From positions 1 to 64,000 of the forward strand of contig MCFE01000005.1 of the NCBI GenBank assembly GCA_002104905.1: a DNA stretch of 64,000 nt. Reading direction: 5' to 3'. The translations under genes and the position numbers were made by a program. Shown here in pieces: positions 48,588-60,412 of this stretch. The notes under the pieces were generated by a model. That model was given only the letters and a program-made list of their open reading frames with translations, ran no database searches and was not told where the DNA came from. This DNA comes from Basidiobolus meristosporus CBS 931.73. Lineage: Eukaryota; Fungi; Basidiobolomycota. Numbering within the stretch: position 1 is the stretch's first letter; each line of letters starts with the position of its first letter.

Positions 48588-50558
48588 ACTGGCATATAGA
48601 ATTATTTGATACCAACCGCCAAACCTAGTACCACTGTATCATCTTATTCCTAACTAATTCTAGTAGCCGAGTGTATACAAAGGATAGGGGAGATGAGAGC
48701 GTTGCCTAAGGGTAACTTTTACTTTAGATATGTGGAACCCTTGTATCCAAGCCCAAAGGACGATTGTGTAATGGAGACGTAAACCTGCACTTGAAGTACT
48801 CTGTACTGCAGTGCACGTTACGGTCAACAAATAGGTCAGAAAAACATCTCGCCCTCATACTGGTCTGTGCTATTGTTCTTACATCAAGGAGGGCCATGTA
48901 GAGAATGAACTAACCCATGCATTATGAGCAGATCATCTTCGTTATCTATTACACATCCCTGTGGTGATGCTATCAGAACCCCAACGGAGCCGAAATAGTG
49001 CCAATGAACCTGGTTTTTCCTTGTACTAAAAATCACGTAGTTTTTCAGAATACAAAGGGTGTATCTATGATATGTCTTAAAGATACAACAAAGACATTCG
49101 GTATTGATTCAGAATAATAACTGGCCACGCCAAATTCATAATCTTGCATGAGAACGTCTCACGAATGGGCGGAAGTGAGCGATGATGTGTCCGATCACTT
49201 GAACGCTCAAGGAGCTCTGCGAAACTGTCAAAAACGTTTTCATCAGGATTTCTTTAACAATTTACGATGATGAAGGCCAGGGGGATGCCACGATCAGCCA
49301 TGCGTTGTATCGTGCAAGTTGTGGATCTGGAAATAAAGTAGCAAACAGTTAATCGAACAAAAGCATTTCATTTCTGCACCAAGTCTAGGTTCTCTGGGTG
49401 GTGAAAGTTTACAAGATAATTGAGGTCTTCACTCTCCATGCGCAAACTCGTTCTGCTCTCTGTGTTTTGAAGATCCCACTTTGGAATTTCTCCGATGAAT
49501 ATACGCCCACATGCCCAGATACCGTTACACTGGTAGTGTGACGGGTTCCATTAGAGATTTTCAGGCTAGATGGATGGTACTTGATGTCAGAAATGGTACC
49601 AGAGTTGTAGTACAAATTACATTTAGTGTAAGGGGTATGCGAGGCGGAGTCATGAAATGTAGTGACCATAAAGTTGGAGTACAAATTAGTTCACATCAAT
49701 TTGTCGCTTGATCGATCCAACAGCCGCCTAGCATGACTAATGCAGACATGTTGTTTGCCTTCGAGATTAACACCCCAGGGCTCAATGAAGAAAGCGTAGT
49801 AAAGACCGAGTCCTCTTCTTCGTCCCGAGTTGACATCGTTGGAGGGGGGGGGGTAATGTGCACGCATCATGATGAAATCGTACATTGTAGGCATGATCTA
49901 GTCGAAATATAATTGCTACAGTTTCCTGCAATTGAGCATTATTCGTGGCAATCATACATAACAAATGTCGCACTTCATCAAGGTCGAGTTGTCGGAATAG
50001 AATCGTCTTCAGCCACCAATTGGTACCTTCTCAATGGCTGTTACCTCTTCAATCAATATTTTGGTCCCGATTATAAGCCATTGCGTGATTCTGAAACCAA
50101 TTATCTCACTCCGCAGGTATCAATTAGAGTTTCTTTAGCAAGTGGTCATGATGTCATGGAGGAGTGTACATTGATGCCGGCTACATACACGGACAACAGG
50201 TAGAAGATGAGAAATACCACCACTCAGAATGAAGATCCTCTAGTTGAGTTTGAATGAAGACAAAAAAGGATTACTGAATCTATTGAGTATCAAGTGTGCG
50301 TACTGAATACAATAAATTTCAAATATTCAAGTGTTCGGGGATAATTCTCTGGCTCCAACCGAAACATCAAATAAGTATTCCTCTGTTAAGATGATTCACC
50401 AGGGGTGGGGAATTCGAACAATGACATCTACTGCGCAGAACAGTCATTTGCAATTCACATGAGTGGATACTCTAAACAGGTCGTGCTTTATATAAAGACA
50501 ACCATTTCTACCCAAAGATCCTTAGTCAAGGAATTTCTTCACTACATTTTATATCAAC

Positions 50559-50780
50559 ATGACTGAGCAATGTCTACAAAATACCACCAATGGCTCGAAA
50601 ACTGCGTTCCCGCGTAGACCTTCTTTGGAAAGAACGGTGAGCTGCCACTATCTCAACGCTGCTATGGATGTCACATACCAAAGACTGTCCCGTAAAAAGA
50701 GCCATCTTCCATCGTTTGAGGAAATGGTCCGCACCGAGTCAACAATGCGGATATCTTTAACTCCAGCAGTAGCACTCTAA
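50559..50780 (+). CDS. Small conserved-looking protein (73 aa)
   Basis: TATATAAAG about 70 bp upstream, ATCAACATG start context, RRPS motif and C-terminal TMRISLTP. No family firmly recognised. Confidence 0.45.
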   Translation: MTEQCLQNTTNGSKTAFPRRPSLERTVSCHYLNAAMDVTYQRLSRKKSHLPSFEEMVRTESTMRISLTPAVAL

Positions 50781-51598
50781 CAAGAGCTGCAAGCGCTTCG
50801 TAGTTGTAAATACCCACTATACCCAAGAAAATATTAACGTATTCCATCTAAAACATTGTACGGTCGGTGACCATGTTAACTTTTATCGACTAGTTCGACA
50901 TTCCACCCCTAAACAACTCGCATCAATTGTAAACCAATAAAACTGATAACTTTTGGGCTATTCTATGTGGTTTCAAATGTCTGTGCGTTAAGACGGCCAG
51001 TCACTGTTGTTACGTCTCAATTTCAGCTTATCAGGTATCGACAACACTCGCTGTGATTCAGTGGTACAGTTGAATTATCCTGAAACGGTAGATGTTGGTA
51101 ACCCGATGAAACTAGAGCCTAATAAAAGGCGATCGCTCTGGGGGATGGTATGAACAGACGAAATCTAGGTACATCGATCGGATTAGCACCGCATCGTATT
51201 CAAGACCTGCAAGATTCATACGTAAATCATCCACAAGTCACCCAGCAACGCCCACTCCACAATCCCTGGGGAGTAGTGCTCATTTGATTACCTAAGAACG
51301 ATATACTCACTGCTAAATATCGAATCAATCGAAGAGTAAGTGTGCTATCCCATCAGATGGATAATTGAGTCTGAGGTGCCACATGAGGTATCATTATTTT
51401 TCAATTTCTTTAAAATGCACGGATTCCCACATGGTCAATAATTCTGGTTATACTGCATTTATCAGCCACCTGCATTTGTGGTATTTAAGGTGAACCTCCT
51501 CCAGCGATATCATCCCTCTTGTAACTTTATTCTGATTATACGTACCTGTATATTAAAGTGCGTCCATTACCAGAGCGAGAGCTGTTACATAAACGACC

Positions 51599-53078
51599 AT
51601 GTCTGAGCAACTTCCAATCGCTGAAAATACAGGTATTCTGTTTTGCTTCCACTCCTTGACTAAGAGAGTGTTGACCTTTTGAATTTCAAAGAGAACCCTC
51701 CTAGCTATGGTTCTATAACACGCGATTCAGACGGAGTACTACGAAATCCAGATGGGACAGGTAAATATCTACCTTTTGCAAGCAATTCGCCAAAGGAGAT
51801 AGTAACAAATATTAGTCTGGAGCCCTCTTAGTGGGGAACAAATGGCCAACTCCTGGAAACTGTATTTCTTCTTCTTGTTGAGCGTTTTTCTACTGTGGCA
51901 AGGTTATGAGGTAACTGCGTACTATTCTTTATAAACCGTCGGCTGTGCCCTAATTAAGAGTATCTTGGGTATGCAGTGGGGTCCTCATTTGCTGAAGTGG
52001 CTGCCTAAAGAGAAACATATCACTCCAGAGATACCGTTTGAAGGAGAAAGCAATTTTCTGATTGATACCGAACATTATCAAGCGCTTTCATTCGTAGTGA
52101 ATACAACAACTACCGTATGTTGAATTAATGATGCATTTGGCCATTCAGTCTTAATCATCTTTGGGGCGTTGCTCAAACTAGGTAACCAATGTTGCCATTA
52201 CCACTGGGGAAAGTCAAGATACCAAATCTATCCGTATTAATTCCGTAACCTTTGCTGAGAATTTCCATGACAAGTCTATCATCTATGAGGAGACCAGAGC
52301 CGATAATCATTACACTCTTACATTGAATGTAATGAATTACGCTATTCTTGCGCCTCCCTATTCTAATAATTTTCATCATAGGGCAAAGGCACTGATTTTC
52401 AAGCCATAACCAATATTCAGATTGTGCTGCCTCCTACTCAGTTCAATTTGAATAGCTTGACCATTGTATTACCCGCAGGGAGAGTCAATAGCTCTATCTT
52501 ACACAGCTCACGTATCAACGATCTTCATATTGAAGTGGCCAATGGAACCATTGCACTCAAGGTACTAGGTTTGATCAACTGTACCCTCCAGGAGAATTAA
52601 CTGATTAACCCCTACCAGGACGTTCAGGGATCGAATATTAATCTAAAAACATCCGTTGGAGATATCACAGGCACCTTCGACATTACCCATACGTATAATG
52701 CCATATCGGGACAAGGAAATATTGATTGCAGATTGCGAGTGCCTTCTCACTCTATGCCACAAATCGCAGCCGGAACCTCCGTCGGAAACGTTACTGCGCG
52801 AGTGGTAAGTTATTCCATTTCATGTGCAATCGGGTTCACCTGCAACAATGACATTAACCATGCCCCAAAATTGCCCTCAGACTGACACATATCACGGACC
52901 TTTTAGCTTGTTTACTGAACGTGGCCGTGCTTACGTATTTGGGGGTCGGTATGTCGACTTTACCACCAATACTACTCTAGCCAAAAATGGATACTTCCGT
53001 GGGCAAGACGGGGACGCAAATATATTAATGCATGCAAAGAGAGGAAGAGTCGTGCTGGCTTTTAGGCGGCAGGTGTAG
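51599..53078 (+). CDS. Membrane-anchored protein with putative adhesin (DUF4097-like) beta-repeat domain; multi-exon, 5' structure uncertain
   Basis: Spliceable exons give a hydrophobic segment WKLYFFFLLSVFLLW, then repeats EVANGTI / KTSVGDITG / SGQGNID / TSVGNV / TERGRA / AKRGRV. Confidence 0.55.
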
Positions 53079-53205
53079 ATTTCCGCTCTAGATGAAACGC
53101 ATATTTACCCCGCTATAAAAATACAATGCTCGTCGTCATTTGTGTGAATAGCATATTGTAATTAATCAAAAGCTGAATATCAAATGAATTTATTGATCGG
53201 TACCT

Positions 53206-54365
53206 CTATGATTCTCGATGTTGAAAATCAGTGTGGCTAAGATTTTCTTTTAAAGCACGCATGTTCTCGTCTGCTTCGAAAATATCAATCCCATCGTCTA
53301 GCTGTTGGTGGGACTGAAACGGACTTGACTGTGGCGCAAATACTTGCTCGATTGGTTGATGCTTCTCGAAATTGTTGTAATTATCGGGGGATACCCTCTG
53401 TGGATTTTGGGTCTTGGCTAGCTTGATTTCCTTGAGGGTTGCCAGAATTTCACTCCTCAGTTGATGTTCTTCGCGACGGCTCGTTTGGAATTCCTCAATA
53501 ATGTTCCGATAGAAATGGTTCTGGAATTCTAGTTGATTACGTAATAACTCCACCAGCTTATGCGAAAGCCCGTGTCCTTCAAATGTTCCATCATTATGCT
53601 TGACATAACTAGTCGAGAAACCGTTGAATGCTGAGGTGATATCGCGTACAGAAGCACTCTGAGGCTTGCTGGACTCTATTTGAATGGGCTTATCAGGAAT
53701 CAGCTGTTTCGAGACGATTTCGGGACTGCTATTACTCCGTTCGCTTGGGGAAGCTACTTGCATATCCTCAGTGACATCTTTTGATCGAAAGCTATCTCGT
53801 TGGCTGGCGTTCCGGGCCTTTAGTATCTGACCTATTTTTTCATGGTGAGGAATCAAGCTCTCGTTTCCTAAAGCTTCTGCTGACTATAAGACATATGAGA
53901 TATCAATAGAAAAGTCCCTGCAGCGACAATATAACGGCAACTCTAACCTCATAAGCCATTCGCATTCTTCTCCATTTACTTTTACACTGCGAGGCCAATC
54001 GATGAACTCCTTTTTCTTCAAGTAAAGCGGTGACTTCTCGCCAGATATGATTCTCGCTATAGTTTACACCCGACCGTTTCAGGTATTCTTGATATGTGTC
54101 TAATAGATCATTTATCTCCTCTTCGCTCCATGAAGGTCTAAGAGTGGTGAAGGTTAGGTGAATCCCGTGTATGGTTGTTTCGACTCAACATTATTGAAAC
54201 TGACCGAGTGGCGTATTGAAATGCTTGGATTGAAGGCGTTGTGCTTTCTGGGGTAGCTATCTTTTGCAATGGCAGCCGTGGAGACCGAAAGTAGTAACGA
54301 AACATTGAAGTATCTTGACTAGGCACTACTCTGGTTCTTATAGAAAAATGAGATATGAAGCCCAA
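53206..54365 (-). CDS. Hypothetical protein with C-terminal coiled coil; 5' exons uncertain
   Basis: 216-codon terminal ORF (53206-53856) with a helical segment LVELLRNQLEFQNHFYRNIIEEFQ and upstream splice-like signals. Confidence 0.4.
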
Positions 54366-54581
54366 AAGTACTATTTATGCATTATTACTACTTAGTCAAT
54401 TTATCAACCATTCTTGGTTAAATCACGAGATCTCTCATGAAGATTAACATTATCAAATTTGATAATTCTATCATGACCAATGATAACACTACAAGTAATA
54501 ACTCTTGAGTATTAAAGTTAGCAGAATGGCAACACCCATACATAGCTTGCATAAAATAGAATACTGGATACGAGGAAATAG

Positions 54582-56176
54582 ATGCCAACAATTCGAACAT
54601 TATTCGTCTTGACAGGAATTGGATTCATTGCCTGTACTTCAAAAGACCCACTAAATGCCTCCCTTGGCTTATCAGTACTTGCAGGACTTGTTACTTGGGA
54701 ACTAATCCCCCGTTTAGGTCCTACTTTCTTGAAAGCTGGTCTATCAGGGAAGGACATGTGTAAGAAGGGAAGACCACTGCTGTAAGACCTCTCTAAACTT
54801 GATATCTACTCTTGTCTCGAGCCTTTGTTTGACTCACCTTAACGTAGCCCCGAGAGCATGGGCGTCGTTTGCGCTATGGTGTACCTGATTACCATGATTA
54901 TTTTCATTCCGTTTCCTTTTGTTGACTGGTTCCCAGGCGTCTTGTCTGAGAGAGGAAAGCTCTCACTGCACACATTCCCGTACCACAAGGTAAATCTTTG
55001 GGCTAATGAACGTACAGCTGAACGGATTTTAATGAAATTTTAACCTAGTTGGGCTCTTTTCTGTCCGGAATCCTTACCATATTATGTATGGTCATGCTAG
55101 GCTTTGGCGACGATGTCCTAGATATCCGTTGGCGTTACAAACTTATATTGCCAACCATAGCTTCCATTCCGATGCTGGTTGTGTATTATGTATCTGGTGG
55201 TGTTACGAATGTGATGGTCCCTTTACCTTTCCGAGGGCTATTCGGATCTCTGATTGATCTCGGTAAGCCTTTCCATTTCCAAGTCATTTGAAGATAGGCT
55301 AAAATAGGCGGATTTTGTAGGGATCTTCTATTATATGTATATGGCTATGCTTGCTGTGTTCTGTACCAATTCCATTAATATTTTGGCCGGTGTAAATGGT
55401 GTCGAAGTGGGGCAAAGCTTGATCATTGCGAGCTCGGTAGTCATCAATGATCTCCTGTACCTGGATGGATCTGATATCCCTGCTCTGGAGACGCATCTAT
55501 TTTCCCTTTATTTCTTGTTACCATTCATTGGAGTATCCCTAGCGCTGTTCATCCATAACTGGTATGTTACACGAAATGTATCGTCAACCATCAGACCTCT
55601 AACGCTTGAAAAAGGTGCCCAGCCCGAGTTTTTGTCGGCGATACATACTGCTACTTTGCTGGAATGACTCTAGCTGTAGTCGCGGTGATGGGCCATTTCA
55701 CGAAAACGATTTTGTTGTTCTTCATCCCGCAGATCTTTAACTTCGTCTATTCCGCTCCACAGCTGTTCCACTTTGTCGATTGCCCAAGACACCGAATGCC
55801 CAAGTAAGTACACGCAACCATAAAAGCATCATATCAGTTCTAAGCGGGCTGACCGATTGATCCTCTATGAAGGCTAAACCGGCATTTGAACAAATTGGAA
55901 GCTACCTATACCGAATTGGAAAAGATTTCAACATTAGGAAGATGGTTCCTTAGTGCGTATGAGGCTTTGGGATTAGTTCGTATTGAACGGGACGCGAAGG
56001 GAGTTCCCATTCGAGTCAACAACTTTACACTCTTGAATCTACTTTTGTGTAAGCTAGGCCCATTACATGAACGTCAACTGGTAACATATGTTATGTATAT
56101 CCAAGTATTGGCCTCTCTTGTCTCATTTTTTATCAGATACAAGATGGCATCTTTGATATACGAGGTAGTCAACTAA
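54582..56176 (+). CDS. ALG7: UDP-GlcNAc:dolichyl-phosphate GlcNAc-1-phosphotransferase; multi-exon
   Basis: GKDMCK...[72 protein letters not shown] and NNFTLLNL. Confidence 0.95.
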
Positions 56177-56415
56177 AAGTTTAGAGAGTTTAGTAATCAG
56201 TTTTGGTAACCCATCCATTAATAAACAGATTTTGATTTGATGACTGAGTTACAATCGGCGGCCTATTAAGGCACCTCTGTGTGACTGCTTCGAACGTGCC
56301 ACTGCAGCATGAAGATTGGATACATGTAATATGGTACGAGTGTCCGTAGATCGACAGACCCTCATGTGTCATTGAATGCTTGATGCCTTCATTTATTTGT
56401 AAGCTTATGCAAAAT

Positions 56416-56937
56416 TTAGCGGACGGGTACATCGAAAAAGAAATCGCATTTTCTTCTGAAGCTATCAAAGGCATTGCAGTTGAAGTCGCTAGCTCTGCTT
56501 ACACCAAATTCGCGCATGTCATCTCCGTTCCAAGCCCAACTAGTGATACATCTGCGCTGCTCATGTATATCAGGCGCAACCAAGTTTCGCATACACTCTT
56601 TTTGTAGACACTGACCAAATTCGAGGTCACACTCGGCCTTGCTTGTTCGTGAGGAACAGGAGCTGTAACACATGACGTGATGTTGGCAACAGCTGTTGAA
56701 GTGCGGGAACCTCTCAGCCAGGACGGGACACACAGGCCCCACCTCTATCTTCTCTTCACCACAAAATTCCTCCTGCTTGGGTGGCAAGAAGTCGTCACTT
56801 ATGGTGATCGGTTCGAGAAAGGAATCGTCTGAATCATTCCAAAAATCTTGAGGGTCGTCCGAATCGGGTAGCCTACTAACATAGCCGTATGTCAGGGCCA
56901 AAGAGAACCATAGCAAGAACAAAAGTGATTTGAACAT
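56416..56937 (-). CDS. Secreted group XII-like phospholipase A2 homolog with HD->HV substitution
   Basis: Signal peptide from ATG 56937 (MFKSLLFLLWFSLALTYG). FCG...P..FNSCCQHHVMCYSSC...KAECDLEFGQCLQKEC. Confidence 0.75.
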   Translation of the reverse strand: MFKSLLFLLWFSLALTYGYVSRLPDSDDPQDFWNDSDDSFLEPITISDDFLPPKQEEFCGEEKIEVGPVCPVLAERFPHFNSCCQHHVMCYSSCSSRTSKAECDLEFGQCLQKECMRNLVAPDIHEQRRCITSWAWNGDDMREFGVSRASDFNCNAFDSFRRKCDFFFDVPVR

Positions 56938-57234
56938 GTCTGTCAACCAACAGGGCAAAACCTTGTTAGCAGACGAAGGTGATTTATATTCGTGGTAGCT
57001 TGCGGATGGTTCAAGCACTTCCCCACTGTGTCCAGATTTAGTCACAAATTCACTCCAACCTGCGATGCTTAAAGTGGAGTTTATTGGCTATCTTCTACAA
57101 GAACGTGTAAGGCGGGAAATGTGACGAAAGGAGTGGGTGGCCATTTTATTACATATAGGAGGAATTTACAAGAGATTGAATGAAAAGCAGTAGACTCTCA
57201 ATTTATTATGTCTAATTTACAGGTTTTTATGTGC

Positions 57235-57882
57235 TTAATGCTTAATGCCGTATTTCTCGCGGTAGGCCTTCATGGCCTCAACATACTGGTCGAATCCACC
57301 CTTCTCAACCAAGTACTCCACAATTTGGTCCAATGTAACAATATTGATCACCGGAATGTTTTCTGTGCGTTCGACCTCCTGGACTGCAGATAGCTCCCCA
57401 GTGCCACGTTCTTGTCGATCCAATGCGATGATAACACCAGCTGGTGTGGCCCCATTTTGACGAATGATTTCCAGTGACTCACGGATGGCCGTACCAGCAG
57501 TGATCACATCATCCAGAATAAGAACCTTTCCGGCCAACTTGGAGCCGACGATGGTTCCACCCTCGCCGTGGTCTTTCTTCTCCTTACGGTTAAATGCGTA
57601 AGGGACATCTTTATTGAACCGATCGGCCAAAGCGACAGCGGTGGTAGATGCCAATGGGATACCCTTGTACGCAGGTCCAAAGAGAACGTCATACGAGATT
57701 TTGGAGTCCTCCAGGGCAGCGGCGTAGAATTTGCCAATTTGGGCCAGGGCTCTGCCGGTGTTGAAGAGGCCGGCATTGAAGAAATAGGGACTGATACGGC
57801 CGGACTTCAAAGTGAATTCTCCGAACTTGAGGACTTCAAGCTCAATGGCCAGTTCGATAAACTTCTTTTGGTAGTCCTTCAT
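57235..57882 (-). CDS. URA5: Orotate phosphoribosyltransferase, intronless
   Basis: [46 protein letters not shown] and PRPP motif [11 protein letters not shown]. Confidence 0.97.
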   Translation of the reverse strand: MKDYQKKFIELAIELEVLKFGEFTLKSGRISPYFFNAGLFNTGRALAQIGKFYAAALEDSKISYDVLFGPAYKGIPLASTTAVALADRFNKDVPYAFNRKEKKDHGEGGTIVGSKLAGKVLILDDVITAGTAIRESLEIIRQNGATPAGVIIALDRQERGTGELSAVQEVERTENIPVINIVTLDQIVEYLVEKGGFDQYVEAMKAYREKYGIKH

Positions 57883-58254
57883 TGTAGGGGATTTTTATTG
57901 AGGAATTCGGGCAAATTGGTTTCCACGGTTGAGTTAGGGCATCTTTTATAGTGATGGTGGTGTGAAAAAAAAAATTCTATTCAGGGTGCTGGTAGCTATT
58001 GCAGGGGGGACTATCCACCAGATAATCTGCAGATAGTCAAGATAGTGTTATCTCGCGTTTGTGGATGGCCTAATTTGTGCATGACAGTTCTCCAGATTGC
58101 GCAAAGCGATCAAAAGTCCCATTTCTCTCGTTGAGGGCCATTCCAAAGTTATTTAGCAAAAAATTGACAGTCAGAACAGACTGAACTTTGAAACAGTATC
58201 TACATTTGAATAGCTCAACCAAAAATTTAATATAAGAAAGTACTACACTGCATA

Positions 58255-59439
58255 TCATCCAGACGAAGAGGAATTGAATCGGTGCATATTTTTGTAAGCG
58301 GTGCGCTGCTCCTCAGTCAGCCCTACCCGTTCCTCATCTATTTTGGTGTTCCGTTTGAACGGGGGTGGTGATAGAGCTGACGGAAATGTCTGGTCGGCCC
58401 TCCTGGGAATTGAGACACTTTGTCGCTCCATAGTCGAAACTCCGCGTTGGTTCATCTCATACTGTTCTGCAGATGTCCTTGGAGACGCAAACCTTTCGAA
58501 AGTCCCTTCGCGAAAACCTCTTTCGGTGTCAAAGGAAACCTCACGTAGATGATTGGAATTGATAGGAGTGCCGGATGCTTCGAGAGTTGCTTTAATATCA
58601 GAGGGGGGGCCATTGCTTGTACCGCCATTATTGGGGCTAGCAGCCATGCGGTTTAGCACTAACAGGTCGTTGGAGAGTCGAAGTTGAATAATTAAATCTG
58701 TATATACAACAATTAGGGTGTAGTCGTTTAGAAAATTGGATACGATGATTGCGTTAAGCGTGAAGGATACAAGTAACGTAGGGATTACTTGATACAGATA
58801 CTCCTTGAATAAATGATGCATAGTTAGTCCTTTCTCCGGGGTATAAGACCGCATAGAGGCTTCGTTAGAGTGATTCACTGCTCGCGGGTGCTGAACTTTT
58901 CGCAGTTGTGATATGTGTTGGAAAATCCTGGTCATGAACAGTCCAGTTAGGGTCGCATCCGCAATCATATCCAGAACAAAGGTAGCGGTGGTGGAGATGG
59001 GTTCGAATGCATCTAAACACAAATTTGCAACCACATCGTACAACGGCTTCATCAAGGCGCAGTGTGAACCAATTGCCACCGCTTTGCACAATAGCAAGGC
59101 AGCGAAGCCAACCCTAATTCCTTTGTGTTGATGGGTCACCACCTCGCATCTCCAGAACAAAATGATATGATTCAGGAGTTTGGCGCAGTGAACAAATGCG
59201 CAACCAAATGATAGCTGAACTTGACAGGTGTGGGGGGTTGCGTTGCTTAGGCCAGACGTTTCGTTGATGGATAGCATTAACCCAGCAAAGATTCCGAAGA
59301 GATTGGAGAGTAAATGTGCCACACCAGCCTTTGTACGAAGCAATCCCTCTCTAGCAAGTAGAATTCGGACGTTGACTAGGCATGACGTTGCTACTGAAGC
59401 CAGGATGGCTACGTAAAATCTATCAAGGTACAGAGGCAT
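58255..59439 (-). CDS. Orphan 7TM/GPCR-like membrane protein, intronless
   Basis: About seven hydrophobic segments with Cys in presumed extracellular loops (HTCQ; NLCL), a long cytosolic loop and a Ser/Pro-rich C-tail. Start MPLYLD at 59439 is inferred. Confidence 0.55.
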   Translation of the reverse strand: MPLYLDRFYVAILASVATSCLVNVRILLAREGLLRTKAGVAHLLSNLFGIFAGLMLSINETSGLSNATPHTCQVQLSFGCAFVHCAKLLNHIILFWRCEVVTHQHKGIRVGFAALLLCKAVAIGSHCALMKPLYDVVANLCLDAFEPISTTATFVLDMIADATLTGLFMTRIFQHISQLRKVQHPRAVNHSNEASMRSYTPEKGLTMHHLFKEYLYQVIPTLLVSFTLNAIIVSNFLNDYTLIVVYTDLIIQLRLSNDLLVLNRMAASPNNGGTSNGPPSDIKATLEASGTPINSNHLREVSFDTERGFREGTFERFASPRTSAEQYEMNQRGVSTMERQSVSIPRRADQTFPSALSPPPFKRNTKIDEERVGLTEEQRTAYKNMHRFNSSSSG

Positions 59440-60412
59440 GAAGGCAAAATAGCTACTACCTACAAGTGACCCGTTTCCAATGGGGAGGAGATAACATGAA
59501 CAAACCCGCAACTTGTTCCGTATAGGCTATTTAAATAGAGCGCTGAACCAAAGCGAAGCCAGAAACCAGTGTGATCATTTAGATTTCCTTTTCAGCATAT
59601 GAAAAAAAGCTCTAACTCGAGGATCTATGTTACACGTTGAAGCGATCACCCGGCAATCACGGCCTAATGTCTTGAGCCATTCCAACATGGCATCATTCAA
59701 CCAAAATTGAGGATACGCTGGCGTCCCTGCAAAGTTACGGGCATCTGCTTGCAAGACACCCGATATATTAAATCTGTATTGCATTTCCTGGGTTCACCAG
59801 CTCGCGGAGCCACTACATTTGGGTCTGGAAAATTATTTTTCTGCGCAATATATAAAATCAAGATATCCTGGGAACCTGCCCAAGATAGCGTGTAACGATC
59901 ATGAAAAGATGAGGCAATTTGTTAATTGTACGAGACTTGAGGCCAACCCACGTGGATCGAAAGTGCCTTTCTTGTTCGTTGGGTTGCCGGCGTATTCTTG
60001 TGAACCTTTAAATGCCAAGGATTACCAATCTGTAAAAATAGTGCTTGATTATTTTCAGTTTGACGAGGTCCCAAATGGAATGATGAACAACGTTACAGCA
60101 TGATTAATAGACGATTCTAGAGTAGATAATCCAAGTCATCAGCGGTTCTGCTTTTCGAGCGATTAAAATCGTTTGTCATCATTATGGTACGCCAGTAACA
60201 CTACCAATCATTGAAGTGTAACACATTTTCTTATTAGGCTTGTTAAGAGTAATGCAATGGGGAAATGTCTCAAGTCGTGGATGTACAGAAACCAATGAAT
60301 TTCTACTGTTCTTCAAGTTGATAAATATTGTACTAAGCGTTCAAACACTTATAAGCTGTATCAATGAATATTATCACTTTGTTGACCACGCACTGAAAGG
60401 GTAAATCAAATA

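Noticed and set aside
49250-50210. Scattered plus-strand open frames with splice-like signals
   Set aside because: I could not build a stop-free gene model or recognise a family. It may be a pseudogene or hypothetical gene.
54582-56176. ALG7 (uses UDP-GlcNAc) as part of the GlcNAc cluster
   Set aside because: It is 32 kb away with many unrelated genes in between, and it is an anabolic housekeeping gene; probably coincidence.
59575-60103. Short ORFs between the 7TM gene and ALDH copy 1
   Set aside because: Frame-broken, with no recognisable motif.
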